DNA of 62,327 nucleotides, counting the filler, from Sphacelaria rigidula (lineage: Eukaryota): assembly GCA_964200075.2 (NCBI GenBank). It is 6 parts of 6 records of this genome, joined end to end, with 100 filler letters (N's around TTAATTAATTAA, not from the genome) between each part and the next. Parts side by side here need not be neighbours in the genome. Positions count along the whole stretch, not along the records: positions 20,813 to 31,118 come from CAXNAA020006751.1; positions 31,219 to 41,521 come from CAXNAA020006752.1; 4 more parts are not named here. One strand, given 5' to 3'. A program made the position numbers and the translations under genes. Shown here piece by piece: positions 25,321 to 37,700 of this stretch (its first letter is position 1; every line of letters begins with the position of its first letter). The notes under the pieces are model-generated. The model had not been told where the DNA came from and ran no database searches. It saw nothing but the letters and a program-made list of their open reading frames with translations.

Positions 25321-28300
25321 CCCTTTCCACCAACTGCGACTTGCATACACCGGGAGAAGAGAACACACACACGAATGGGGAGAGAGAACAGATGAAGCCC
25401 AAGGGACACGGTACCGTAAGGAATAAAAACACACAGACCAAGGAACACCGCAAGACCGCCGACCGAGGACGAAACTAAGAGCACATCAACAACCGATAGG
25501 CAAGGAGAGAAGTTGATCAATTTTGTGTCAGCCCATCTTCCCCCATTCATCGCTATTCAGGTACAAAGCGGGCCCTTCTCTCGGTCATTTTCATTCTGGA
25601 TTCCTCGCGAGTAGTGTATGTTGTTGTGTTAGCGGTAGCAGCTCTCCGACTTGCGGCTCTCGACGCAGCACCAGGGTGGCGGAAGTCCGGTTAGCGTTTG
25701 CCTTCGCGTCGCCACGTGTCCTCGCACTCTTCCGCCCCATTCTCCACCCCGAGACGCCTTTTGCCCATGATCTTCTCCGAAATGACCCAGTCGCAGACGT
25801 CGACAACCTCCGCACCGTAGACGAACTTTCCGCCGTGCCCCTTTGCGTGGGAGGGCCCCTATTGCATGTAGGTTCTCCTGGAGGTTGCTTCCCAGTGTTG
25901 GGTGGGGGGGGGGAAGCCGTCTTGGGCACTTGTGCGGCTGACCGTCCGTTCATGAAGCGTAGTTGGAGACGTGTTTCGCCCTGCCTGGCAAGGGCCCCCT
26001 CAAACCAGAGTTAAGGCTTGCGGATGATCGTTTCGATAAGTTCACAGTTCATCATCTCGAGTACAGCTCTACACGGAAGAACATTGCAGTACGTTCGGTC
26101 TTTCCTGCGGAATTCAACCACTCGCAGCAGAAGCTTGTGGTGGGCAATGCGCAAACCATGCTCGAAAAGCTTTCATGTAGCGCATCCGTATTACAGAGCT
26201 TCCACCACCTCCGCTCCAAGCAGCCGGTTACTCAACGATAGCTGGGCGTGGAGTTGATTGTAGAGTTCAGAGTTGATTCCGATGGAACCTTTCGCATTTG
26301 CGCTGACAGCATCACCAAGGTACACAAACTTCGCCCTCTGCTTACACCGTTGACCGGCCGCGCTGGTGTGCAGGGCGGTCTCTGCGGAGCTGGGTACTGA
26401 CCACAGGCGCATGGACTCTGTCTTACTCTCCGATATTGTCAGACCGAACTCCTGACAGTAGACGACTACTACGGCCATCATTCTAGCAAGCCTGCCTGCG
26501 GATCTCAAGGCTATGCCGGCATCGTCGGCATATAGGGCTGTGCACGACACCTCCTCCAGCAGCGTCTTGTCCAGAAGCTGACCATTGCCTCCTTTGGCCG
26601 CGTCCGAATTACAAAGTCTGAGACGATGGTTGGATCCGTCGCGAACCGCTGTACGATCACGTGGACCGAGGCTGCGCCCAAGATGCTGAATAACAGCGAG
26701 GACGAAACGCACCCTCATCCTAGTCCCTGGCGGACTTGGAACTACGCTGATAGTTTGCCATTATCAAGCTGTACCTGAGATCGCATGCCGTCGTGAAACA
26801 CACGGATGACCGTGACTATTTGCGGCATGACTCCGCACCGGGCAAGCTTCTCACAGGAGCGTGCGGTCTACGGATTCGTAGACCTTCTGCAGGTCGATGA
26901 CGCACATGTTTTCTGGGATGTTGCTCCCCCGTCCCACCGCCTGTAGTCGCCGTACCACGAACATCATGTCCGTGGTCGATCGTAGGCGCCGGAATCCCTG
27001 CTTCCTCGCAGAAGTCACCGAGCCTGTTGATCACCATATTGAAGAGTGCCACGAGTGAGATTCCCCTGTAGTAACCACACTCGGTCCTATCCTTCTCGCG
27101 TAGAACTTCGATCATAGAATCCTTCCATTCCTGCGGCACCTCGCCAGATGTCCAAACCGGAGCGACGATGCTGTGGAAGTTATGCAGAATCTCCGAAGGC
27201 TCCTCGCTCACTCCAACCTTCAGAGATTCAGCAGGTACATCATCAGTGCCCTTCGTTTTATCGTTTGCCATAGCTCTCAGGGCCTCCCCCGTTGCACTTT
27301 GCTTCGGTAGGTATCCAAGGGGCAGCGCTATCGGTCGTCGGCTGATGTTCTTGATGACGGCTCGGTCGATAGTTGTCGACATGGCACTCAGAAAGGTGGG
27401 GATGGATCGCTTCCATTTCCCACAGATTGGTGTCACGCAGTATGTTCCTGTCCTCGTCTCTGATTCACTGCTCGTTCTCTATTTTTCGTCCCGATAGTCT
27501 CCACCCCCCTTTCAAGTGCCTCTTGCATCCTCCCATGGTTTTAAGTCGAGTATATACTCCTCCAACTCTCTAGCATGCACATCCAGGTTTTCATCACTCC
27601 AGAGTGGGTAATCTCTTTCCACGTTTTCGCACGCTGCTTGTAATGTGCGCCATACGGTTTCTTCTCTCGATAATCCCAACCACACCGTCGACCTTGTCCT
27701 TCGCTTCTCATTCTTAGCTTGCTTGAAATCCGTTCGGATTGCAACACCCTCGAACCGCCCCGGTATACGTGACATTTGCGTCTGACGGTGCACCATCTTC
27801 ACTGCGGCACTCGCTAGAGCATCGGCAGATTTCGCAACCAGTGCACTGACAATATCGTCAGATTCATCCCGCTCGAACTCGCGGATGATGAGCTGGGTGA
27901 GTTGATCACGACTGTTGGTGTCGGGTATCATTGCCTGTTCGTCGATCGGTCCATGCCCACTTGGGATTAGCTAGGTCTGTGATGTGCGAAGTCACCACGG
28001 GGCCGCACTGAGGTGAATTTGATATTGGGTGGTTGAGGGTGGACGGTGACATTGCGAACAGGCCTGCGGTGATCTTGCCGGGTGATGTTGTAGTCAACGC
28101 GTTTTCCATCCGCGAGATGGTTCGTAACAACATTAAACGCACGCGATGCGCTTTCTTTGGGGGCGGGAAAAAATGTGTTGACCAGGGCAAGCATGCTTGC
28201 ACCTGCAAAATATAGCGAAGAGGTGCTACTACTGTTGTCGGCTTGGGAATCCCCGCCGAATGTCCCCACTATTTTATATGTATCCTCGTCTGTTCTTACC

Positions 28301-28750
28301 CCAGTCCTAGCGTTAGCGTCCACTGAAACTAACAGGTGGTATTTGTCATTGACTCGGTTCAAAATGCTGTCCAACTCAGCCCAGAACATATCTAGCTCTT
28401 CTCTTGACTTCGTTGTGTCTATTGATGTGTAGGCAACTATAAACGAGGCAGCGTTTGATTTTCCTGTGAGGTTGAAAGTCATCGATATGATGAGGCGTTC
28501 GTGGATGAGTGCCATAAGTCCACGTCGCCTTATTGATGATTGAATCCTTGACCAAAAACCCGACCCATGTTGCCTGGCCCTTCCCTTGCCCCCTCCGGCA
28601 CCGCAGCAGAAGGGAGTGTGCCCCGCGGCAGCGAATTCGGTTCGACCGCACGTGGAGTGATCCCCGAGGGACAGAGCCGTCGTCAAACATGGGCGCGTCC
28701 AGGGCAAACGAAGTGGTCTTTACGATTTACTCCGTGTTTCAAAATTCTGT
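25320..28750 (-). mobile_element. Decayed non-LTR retrotransposon (RTE-clade-like LINE) with APE endonuclease and reverse transcriptase remnants
   Basis: EN-like FIVAYTS...FWAELDSILNRV...VDANARTG (ORF 27967-28707). RT-like ALRAMANDK...G-x-DDVPAE...[12 protein letters not shown]...YRGISLV (26816-27436) and LYADD...GLTISESKTE...KFVYLG (26191-26718). Post-RT 'L*YGCAT*...IETIIRK' typical of RTE elements. Many stops and frameshifts; boundaries approximate. Confidence 0.9.
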
Positions 28751-31118
28751 TTCTACGACATACGCCATATACTATAAGGTTGACCGCTCCAAAACCCTTG
28801 GGCAGTGAGGCACAGGATACCTGTGCAGAGCTGTTCGTACAACCTCGCACCGCCACGACATCCCCCGTGTCGAGCATCGCGATCATTCAGCTTTGCCTAG
28901 ATTCTACACTATCAGAAGTGAGCCAGCTTTGCGCCAAAATAAAAGAACAAGAAAAAACAATTCGGAACAGAATTCGACCGCTTTTCCCCCTAGTGCGCAC
29001 TGCTGCAACGCGCAGCACCAGAGATAGTGATGTGGAACTGTTGACTGTGGTTCTCATAACATATGACCGAAGTTACAGCACCTTTCAGCGTCTACAGCGC
29101 GCGTAGGGCCGTGCGTCATGAACTGCGCACCTCTGCAGACAATATGCCGATCGGTACAATACCAATGGCCATGATCCAGAAAGGGCCGCAATATAGACCG
29201 GTGTCGGTTTGCTATAATATCCGCCACCCAGCCGCTCAAGGTGTCGAAGTTAGTAGACGTGCGGGTGCATATATGCATTCATCTCTAGTGCACGGAGTCC
29301 GGGCTGCGCGATAGCCACTTTGAGGGCGCATCGACGGCATTCCCCGAAATTGCTCGTGGCCATGTTAGTAATTTGTGCGGGACTTAATCGTGCAGGCGCT
29401 TGGCGCATATGTTGCCTGTGTCGTGTCCGACTAGTGCGCAAAGTTTCATGAGGGAACGCAACGTCGCAGGCGAGAAATCCACAACGAAAGTTGCTCTGAA
29501 AATTGGGAGTTTACTGTACAGAAAAGTATCCAAATTAACACGAGATTTGGTTACGTTCTGGTTACGCCCCATGTCAGGTGCGGTTACCCAGTATTACGGT
29601 ACTGACAAATGCAGTACAGACAGTATAGACAGTACATTGCATCAGCAATTATACTGCACTTTATAATGGTCGATACTGAGTTTTCAAATTTAAAAGCAAC
29701 CAGCTGGGCCGCCAGGTATGCATGCAAACGATCATGCCGTTCTCATTTGTGCGGGAAGCAACTGAGATCCTTTTTTTTCAGACAGATTGCACACTCCATA
29801 TACTACACCCTAGGCATGGTGACGGGCGGGAACGCAAACCGTGGCCGCCAACTATCGGCGTACCATGGGGCCCGCAAGGCACCTGTACCGAGCAACACCA
29901 TGCGCACTACCGAACGTAGGACACGGTCACGTTTTCAGCCTGCAACTTGCGCCGACGACATAGTCTCAAACACAACTTTTCAGATATGCCGCGTGCTGGG
30001 CCGCAGGCTCTTCTTCCCAAGGAGCTCCTGGTTCGTGTGGATTCTTCCTGATTTGCGGATACTGTGGGCTGATATTTTATACGATGACTCTTGTACGCGA
30101 AAATCGGCACATATTTTACATTTTGTTTCTGTTGGCGCAACACTGAAGCATGCACGGCTGGGTAAAGGCATATACGTGGAAAATGAAAACGTTTTCCGGC
30201 AGTTGCCGAGATACGGTACTTGTTCGGCTATCGACTGTTGATACCGTAGCTATGTTCACCATTCCAACTGCTGGTTGTTTCTGTGCTACTGCTGCTAAAT
30301 CGTATATAACCAAGTCCAATAACAGTAACAACTCAGTACTGCCGGTGGCGTATGTTGAAGAGAAGTGTGCATTTCCAACACAAGGAACCAAAGAAACGAT
30401 CGCTGTCGCAGGGCTACGTACAACGAGCAGATTTCGGGTCGCAGCCGACCAAATGGCACTACTCCATTGATGCAATTCACGTCGGTGAAACCAATGAACT
30501 TAGCCAACCTGCAACCAGTCGTGTCATGCATGGTGACCTGGAAAACCCTTTTGCTTCTCAGTGCGAGCAAGTTGTACATGGATGTCCCATACTGTACTCG
30601 TACTTTTAGCGTACGGCATTATCTACACCGCAGAGTACCATAGTACAGGCGGCACCACAACAGTTATGGGGGTGAATGGGGCCCGATTTTGGGCACTATA
30701 TATCTGTAAATGGACCGACCACTATCCACTGCAGAAAAATGACCCGTAATCGAGCCAATCGTATCAATCACAGGTACAGACGTCATCTCCGTATGACGAT
30801 CTCGCTCATATGGAATGAACTCTAAATTGAGTACATATTTACAAGCCTGCGAGTGGTCGCTGTCGCGGAAATGTAGTTGCTCCAGCGACCGCACTAATAT
30901 AGTGTTGTGTGCTTGTATTGTTTGCTGTTGCACTCGGGAAGCACACGCCCACTACGTTCCACCCCACATTCACCGTCCTTCTCAACATCAGCAGTCAAGA
31001 ACACGAAAAGTGGCAGCAGTTGCGGGCGTCACCCACAACACCAACCCCACATAACCCTTTGACTCACATACCGCAAAAACGAAGCAGCAGAGAATATTCA
31101 AACAATTAGCACAAGTGT

Positions 31119-31218
31119 NNNNNNNNNNNNNNNNNNNNNNNNNNNNNNNNNNNNNNNNNNNNTTAATTAATTAANNNNNNNNNNNNNNNNNNNNNNNNNN
31201 NNNNNNNNNNNNNNNNNN
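31119..31218. other. Artificial contig linker
   Basis: Same spacer. Confidence 0.99.
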
Positions 31219-32109
31219 GGATTGTTGCAAACAGGCAATGGGGGATGGTCCAACAACCAACCCAACGCCCGTCAACACCCCCCCCCCTCCCGCGCCCCCC
31301 CCCCCCCCCCCAAGATTGACTGGACTGGCCCTGACCGATATTTCTTTTGTTTTGAGCTTTGCTGTGCCACAAGAATGAGATACTGTAATATATCTTGCAT
31401 CGTATACGAAGTACAGTAGCATCAGAATCTACAGCACAGTGTGTACACAATACAGTATATTCGTTCACGAAAGACGAAAGAGCTCAAGTGCAACAATACA
31501 GACAGTACAACGCATTACCGCATACAACCTGGATATCCCTGTCCGTAGGACACGTCTAGTACTCTGCTGTGGTACGACCCCAATCTTAACCTTTCCCCAT
31601 GGATCTGCCTAACCACCCTAGAGAGAGTCGTTCTGCGTAAGAGATGCCAATTAGCGCGTTCCTTCGGCCAGCAGGTTTTCACCTCTTCAGTACCAGAGGT
31701 ATCCATTTATCGAATCGGCAGCATGCGCACTGTAACCCTTGGACAGCAATACGGGTAGTCCATCTGGATCACCTCTACTTTTTTCAAGTGAATATTGATG
31801 CCGGTTCAGCGCGTGACCTACCCTCGCGATCTAAGGGTTGATGGAAACAGGATATGATGTCACATGGATTCCGAATGGCTATGTACCGAAAAATGAAATT
31901 CGTGATCAAATATTTCAGCATCCGTCTCGTACGGGAGTGCGAAGGAAACAAACTACAGTACCGGAACGCCCAACTTTCTGACCATTTACACCTGCGATTA
32001 GAGAGCAGTGATGCAAATATTCTTCACATATTTTTGCGAAGTAACATTTTTATTTCAGACTAGTGCTGCAGATATATGTGAAGCATTCGTTCCGAGACAA
32101 TATTTGTTG

Positions 32110-32535
32110 TCAAAAGTCACGCCGCCTTCGTGCATTATATCGTAGACTCTGTCGTGCCTCTTGTTCTTCTGACCTGTGTGCATGCAGAGTGGTGCTGTAA
32201 ACGTGGATAGTCCATGTATGCATTATTGTGGATATATTATATTCAGATAATAAGCGATGGATGTAATATTTCTTGAACATTTTCGCGAAGCAAATTTTTG
32301 TACTCACAACAAGAGAGTAACCCTGCAACTCTTTTATTTCAATCAGAGATTAATCGTGAAAATATTTTCAAAATAATGGCTGCGAAGTAAAGATTTGGTG
32401 TCAAAGTCACGCCGCCTTCGTGTAGTGTATTGTAGGGTACTGTGCCGTGCCCACTTGTTCTGTTCTGTACACATGCAAAGTTGTGTCATGCGTCTGGATA
32501 GATTGTTCATGTGTGCATTATGGTGGTGACATTCT
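32110..32535. repeat. Diverged direct repeat, period ~291 bp
   Basis: aaagtcacgccgccttcgtg...cgtgcc...ttgttc...catgca...tggatag...tgcatta near 32113 and 32403. Confidence 0.75.
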
Positions 32536-32959
32536 TTCGGATACTGTAAGCAGTACATACAGTTTACCCGAAGTCGTCGATAAATTCGTTCGTAAATGAC
32601 TGCTTTATTTCAGTTTGACAATAACAATCGTATCCTTCAAAGCCTGAGGCGCAGGACGCGTTTTCCCTCCCAATTTGACCGTGGAGCTCTGCCAAGGCAA
32701 ACTTCACCTACGGCAGCCGACGCAATCGCCGTGCCTGAGATCTCTCGGTATGACTCGGGCTGCGATTTGGGTTGGGGTTATAAAATGACACCCAGCGTAT
32801 GTTCAACGATGAAGTTTTGTCAACCGTTCGCGTAGATGCTTCGCGTAAATATGCCCCCGAAAAAGCCAACCAACCTTCACATAGAATACTCGGGTTTTTT
32901 TTTATAATAAGTATTATTATTATTATTTCCACATATTAGTCCGCTCTGGCGAACCCGTG

Positions 32960-33327
32960 GTTTACTCTACTCAAACTTTGAGTAGGTCGAGTACGGCCTC
33001 AAATACTCTCCTCGAATATTGAGTAAGCACTCACTCTCAGTAGTACTTGAATTTAGAGTATCACTTGAGTATGGCCTCAATACTCAATACTCTACTCAAA
33101 GTTTGAGTAGGTCGAGTACGGCCTCGAATACTCTGCTCAAATTCTGAGCATATTGAGTACGACCTCAAATAATCTACTCAAATTTCGAGTGAGCACTCAC
33201 TCTCGGTGACATTTGAGTATAGAGTATCACCTGAGTATGACCTCAGTACTCTACTCAAAATTTGAGTTCTGAAAGTATGATTCTTCGAAAATACTGGGTA
33301 TTGAGCATACTCTACTCGACCTGCCCT
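32960..33327. repeat. TACTC/GAGTA-motif internally repeated palindromic element
   Basis: tactctactcaaa(c/g)tttgagtaggtcgagtacggcctc occurs at 32963 and 33088 with a further degenerate copy; many short hairpins. Confidence 0.8.
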
Positions 33328-34755
33328 TGAAAGTGTGGCGGGAGAAAAGAGTGCAAGTTCGTGTTCGTTTGTACTCGGCTTTCAGACGCAAAACCATACG
33401 AATCATTACAGTACAGTGCTACACTACAGATTCGGGCAGTGCAGCGGCTGTAAGCTTTGCACCATGGTGTTTGCACTGAAAAAATGAAACGGCAATTCTG
33501 GTCGCCCTTCCGAACGTTTGCGGGCGTGTTAGCCTACCAAGCTCTCAGCACATTCATGGACGATCGCTGTGCCGTCTGGTATTACGAGCAAAGGCATTCC
33601 AAGGATAGGACTTCTCCGGCCCTGTTCCGCATACTTCGTCTGGAACATATGACACACACGTGACCAGAAACTATTTCAAGCGGTTAACTGTACTAGATGA
33701 TTCTCGTTAGCACAAGACACAAAGTGAGGTTGATCACTGAAATGACATCGAAACCCAGAACAGTGCTTCTCCCCACCCCCATACTAACAGTGATCGTGCT
33801 CAACCATTTTTCTGTAGGCCTACTGCCCCTTGATCGCCTAGATACTTCTTCAAAGCCTTTACCGACTCCGTGGGCTTACAGCGCTGACCGAAACCGTCAT
33901 TTTTCCCTGGTCCTGGGGGGGGGGGGGGGGGGGGGTGTCATCGGGGTAAAAAGCACTATTATGGGGGTTTCAACCTCATTTTATTCATTTTTACGTGTTC
34001 TCTCGATTGGGAATGTTTCGCCGTAGCTTTATTATGTCAATGTCAATACAATAATAGTTGAACCCGTAACCCTTGGACGGCGAGAGTGGGACATCCATTG
34101 AATCGGCATCGATTGCACTTCAAGAAGATTGCATAATCCGGATGGACTACGTTCGCGGTTCAGGGGTGAAGATGTGCGCGTCGTAGCTATGGTATATGCG
34201 TGTTGCCTGCCCACTGCCTATGTACTATACAACTACCGAGGACACACTGTGCGGTCGGGTAGTAATTCGGTAATGAATCACATTAAGCGCGCGCCGCTCT
34301 CACGTACTAGGCGAAAGTAACTTTCGTGCTTGCACGTGGAATCAAAGTCGATGTAAGGTACAGGATGAAATAACCATCCGCTATTTCCTCGCGCTGATCG
34401 CGTCCCTCTCTGCAACCTTAACTTATACTATAGTTACCAGTACCAACTGGTGCTGTTGCGTGTTTGTAGTCAGTTGCGGAGCTTTTCGGCAGTATGCTGC
34501 TCGGCCGCTGCTGGATGCGGCGTGACTTATGATGATTCTGTCGGTGCAGGTCTATCGGTACGGATTAGACATCTGCTGGCCAAACCAATGGTCTGTAGTG
34601 GCAGTAATTGAGGAACATCAGTGTTCTCGGAAGTGCTAGACGTGCAGTTTGTTTTGTAACGTACATGTATTGCATGATGCTGCTCGCTCGGTTTTGCCTT
34701 TTGCAGTTTCACACTTCATGCTTTCACGACAGTGGGTTGGCTTTCACGAGCGAAG

Positions 34756-37700
34756 ATGGCTCCAACATCTTCGGCTGCGACTGCGGCCAGTTCCATTCTG
34801 AACTTGACATCACCGAAGGCATTTTCGCTGTCCGAGCAGGTGCGTATCCTCTCAGTTTTAGTACAAGCAGCCCTTCTAATTTACCGAGCTGCCAAGACCT
34901 TCTGTTTCGAGTACCCTGGCTATGATAGTCCCGCGGACACGTGGAGCATGGCAGTTCCATGCGTCGAAGGCTCTGTCTTGGCAATATGATCAGACACAAG
35001 CAGTGTTGCGCCCGTATTTTTTTCTTGTGCACTTTTGGACGCCGCCGTATTTCATATATGACGCGTATCGCGGGTTTTCGGCCCATACTCCTCTGTTTCT
35101 ATGTAGGCGTTGCATCTTTCACCAGAACAACTATTCCGATCCTCCCCACCACCACAGCCAGGTCAAGAAAAGGCCACCTGCACGACTGAGCGTTTTTTGT
35201 ATAAGGGTGAACCTATCATCTTTTTTTTCCCCGTTACCCCCAACTCTGGTATTTACTCTCGATCTCTCTGATGGATCAGTCCTCTTTCAGTGATCGTCTT
35301 GTGTCCTGTACCGTTTCATCCCATGGACAGCGTTGGAAATGCAGCATCTGTGGAGTAACGGACAATATCTTGCGAAATAAGAAGGATGCCCACCGCTCAT
35401 CATCCCAGTAAACGTTTGATCCCAAAGTTTGGGCATCGAAAGATACTAGGCATCCGCTCCACATTCCGAAACAAGATTTATCTCTGCACTCAATATCGAA
35501 CGCTCGAGAGTGAACTGTCAACCGTTTTGTGGGCGTCGTCCATAGTAGCAGGTGATCTGCATGGGGTTGAAGGGGTGAGCACCGCTTCTTTCAACGTCGA
35601 CACGGACATTTCATACCGTGTGGCATTTTGAGTCAAGACAATTCTCATAGCAGGCATCGAGAGAGCTGACACCAATATTATTCCGCCGTGACATCGGGGT
35701 AACCCGTTCTTCTCAGCACTCCAGTACTGTATATTGAGATGACGTGAACGTGAAAAAAAAAGGTCATTGGGCGACTTTTGGATCATGGCACTGTTTAGCC
35801 AGTCGTTTCCAAGTACTCCAAGCAGATGATTGTCGAAAAGTGAGAATGCGACAACACGTGACATGGATATATATAAAAGGAGCGACGACAGTGTTTTGCA
35901 GGATGGTCCGGTACGAAAAATTCCGAATTCGATTTCATCAAACATGGAGCTGAAAGATTCACCTGCTTTTTGTGCGCTTTCTTGATTTGGTTGCGAACCT
36001 CTTGTTTTTCGATAATCAAGCAGGTCAACTTACGCCATCAGAATCAAGGGCATCCACTCCTCGGGCCTCAAGGTCACGGCGGGGTTCCATGACGTCGCCC
36101 TCGGCCTCCACACTTGCGTTGGAGTCGTGCCCTGCCTTCCAACAGGTAATGTTCGATAGCAGCCAATGCATCCCTATCCTGCGGTGTGGTCTCGTGTGGC
36201 GGTGGTTTTTACCGTAGAATACCCCGTATAACATATGTACGCCAAACACCACCCCCATGAACAACACCCTCGTGTGGCGGGGCTTTGGCCATTTTAGAGA
36301 TTATATCAGTACACACAGTATAGTACTGGGGCACGTAGTATATCGACCCTCCCCTTGCCTCTTCAAAGTAACAAGTTCAAAAAGGAACCGCCGAGGGGTC
36401 GAGACATTGTCCTCTGCGGCACCCTTACTTAGAGTTGTCGTGAACTAATCAGCGCTCCTGCGGTGGGATGAGGTACACTATTCGTGAGACTGGTGCACCT
36501 TGGAGAACTGTTTGCTTCGGGCACTTCTTTTTGCCCTTCTCCCCCGAGTCTCCCCCGGCGAATGGTCCCGTGTGTTTATTCATCTTGAGTAGGTGCCTTC
36601 ATCTCACCTCCACGGCTTGATTTATGGCGAATCAATCGAGGGGGTCATCAGGATCGTCGGCGCCGCTGATTGATCGTCTTCGCTCTCTCTTTTTTTTCAA
36701 TGTCGCCTTCGATCTGTTCCCGTTTTTGTACGATTACGAAGCTGTGAGATCTATGGCTTATTTTATCCCCCCAGTCGGTTGTATCACAGGTTTCCCCCCG
36801 GTCTTTCCGCGGCGGTATTCTTTTCTTGTGTTAGGCCAACTATTACGGGAGCGTTTGGAATTTTATTTTGCAAACATTTTAAACGACTTTTTTTTTCTTT
36901 GCCGTAGTTGTATTTAGTGCCCGTTCACCATGATGACGAAGAAAAAAAAACTCTTCTGAAATTGTTGCAAAATAAAAATTTCAAACGCTCCCATGAGAGT
37001 TGGCCTTAGTTGAGAAAGATTGTCGACAAAAGGTACAAGTGTAGTGTTCCTAAACCGCATGTCAGCCCCGAAAAAAAAGGGCAGATTCGCACTCCGAGGC
37101 AAGGGCGTCCGTCTGCGTGATCCCTGTCATTTTTCACTTAGTTTAGCGAGCAGCGGCCGCTGTGTTGTCTGTTGTCCACAAGCGTGCACCATCTGTGCTG
37201 CACGTGTCCGTGTATGTACTTGCAATTTGTAGTGCTCTCAGCAACTGTACTGCATGCACCTTTTGGTGATAAGTGTTGTTTGTGCTGGCCTACAAACTGG
37301 TCTAGAGCTATGTCCTTTCAGCGGTATGTTATGTCTGTGCTTATGCATCTCTCGTACTGAGACGATGCCTGCGAATTCCATGCGTGTTCAAACCCATGAC
37401 ATCATTGACCAGCTGCATGATCCCATGTATGTTACGTCTGTAACTTTCCTCGAGTGACTTCCGACCAGTGCTGGTTGTATGAAGAACCTTCGTTTCATCG
37501 TTGTTCCACATTCAGACCGACACAAAGTCGATTTAACGCAACTAAATTGTCCACGCTGCTATTTTTTCATGTTGTGCGAACCAACGTCAACCCTATGATG
37601 ACAAATGGCAGGTGCTTCCTTCGACGCTGGCAGTTTTCGACGGTTTTGTACAGATGAGGCGTGCGGCGGTGGGTACCGTCGAGCCTTCCATGTCACTGCG

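Noticed and set aside
32960..33327. CRISPR-like repeat-spacer array
   Set aside because: The intervening sequences are themselves repeated, spacing is irregular, the context is eukaryotic and there are no cas genes.
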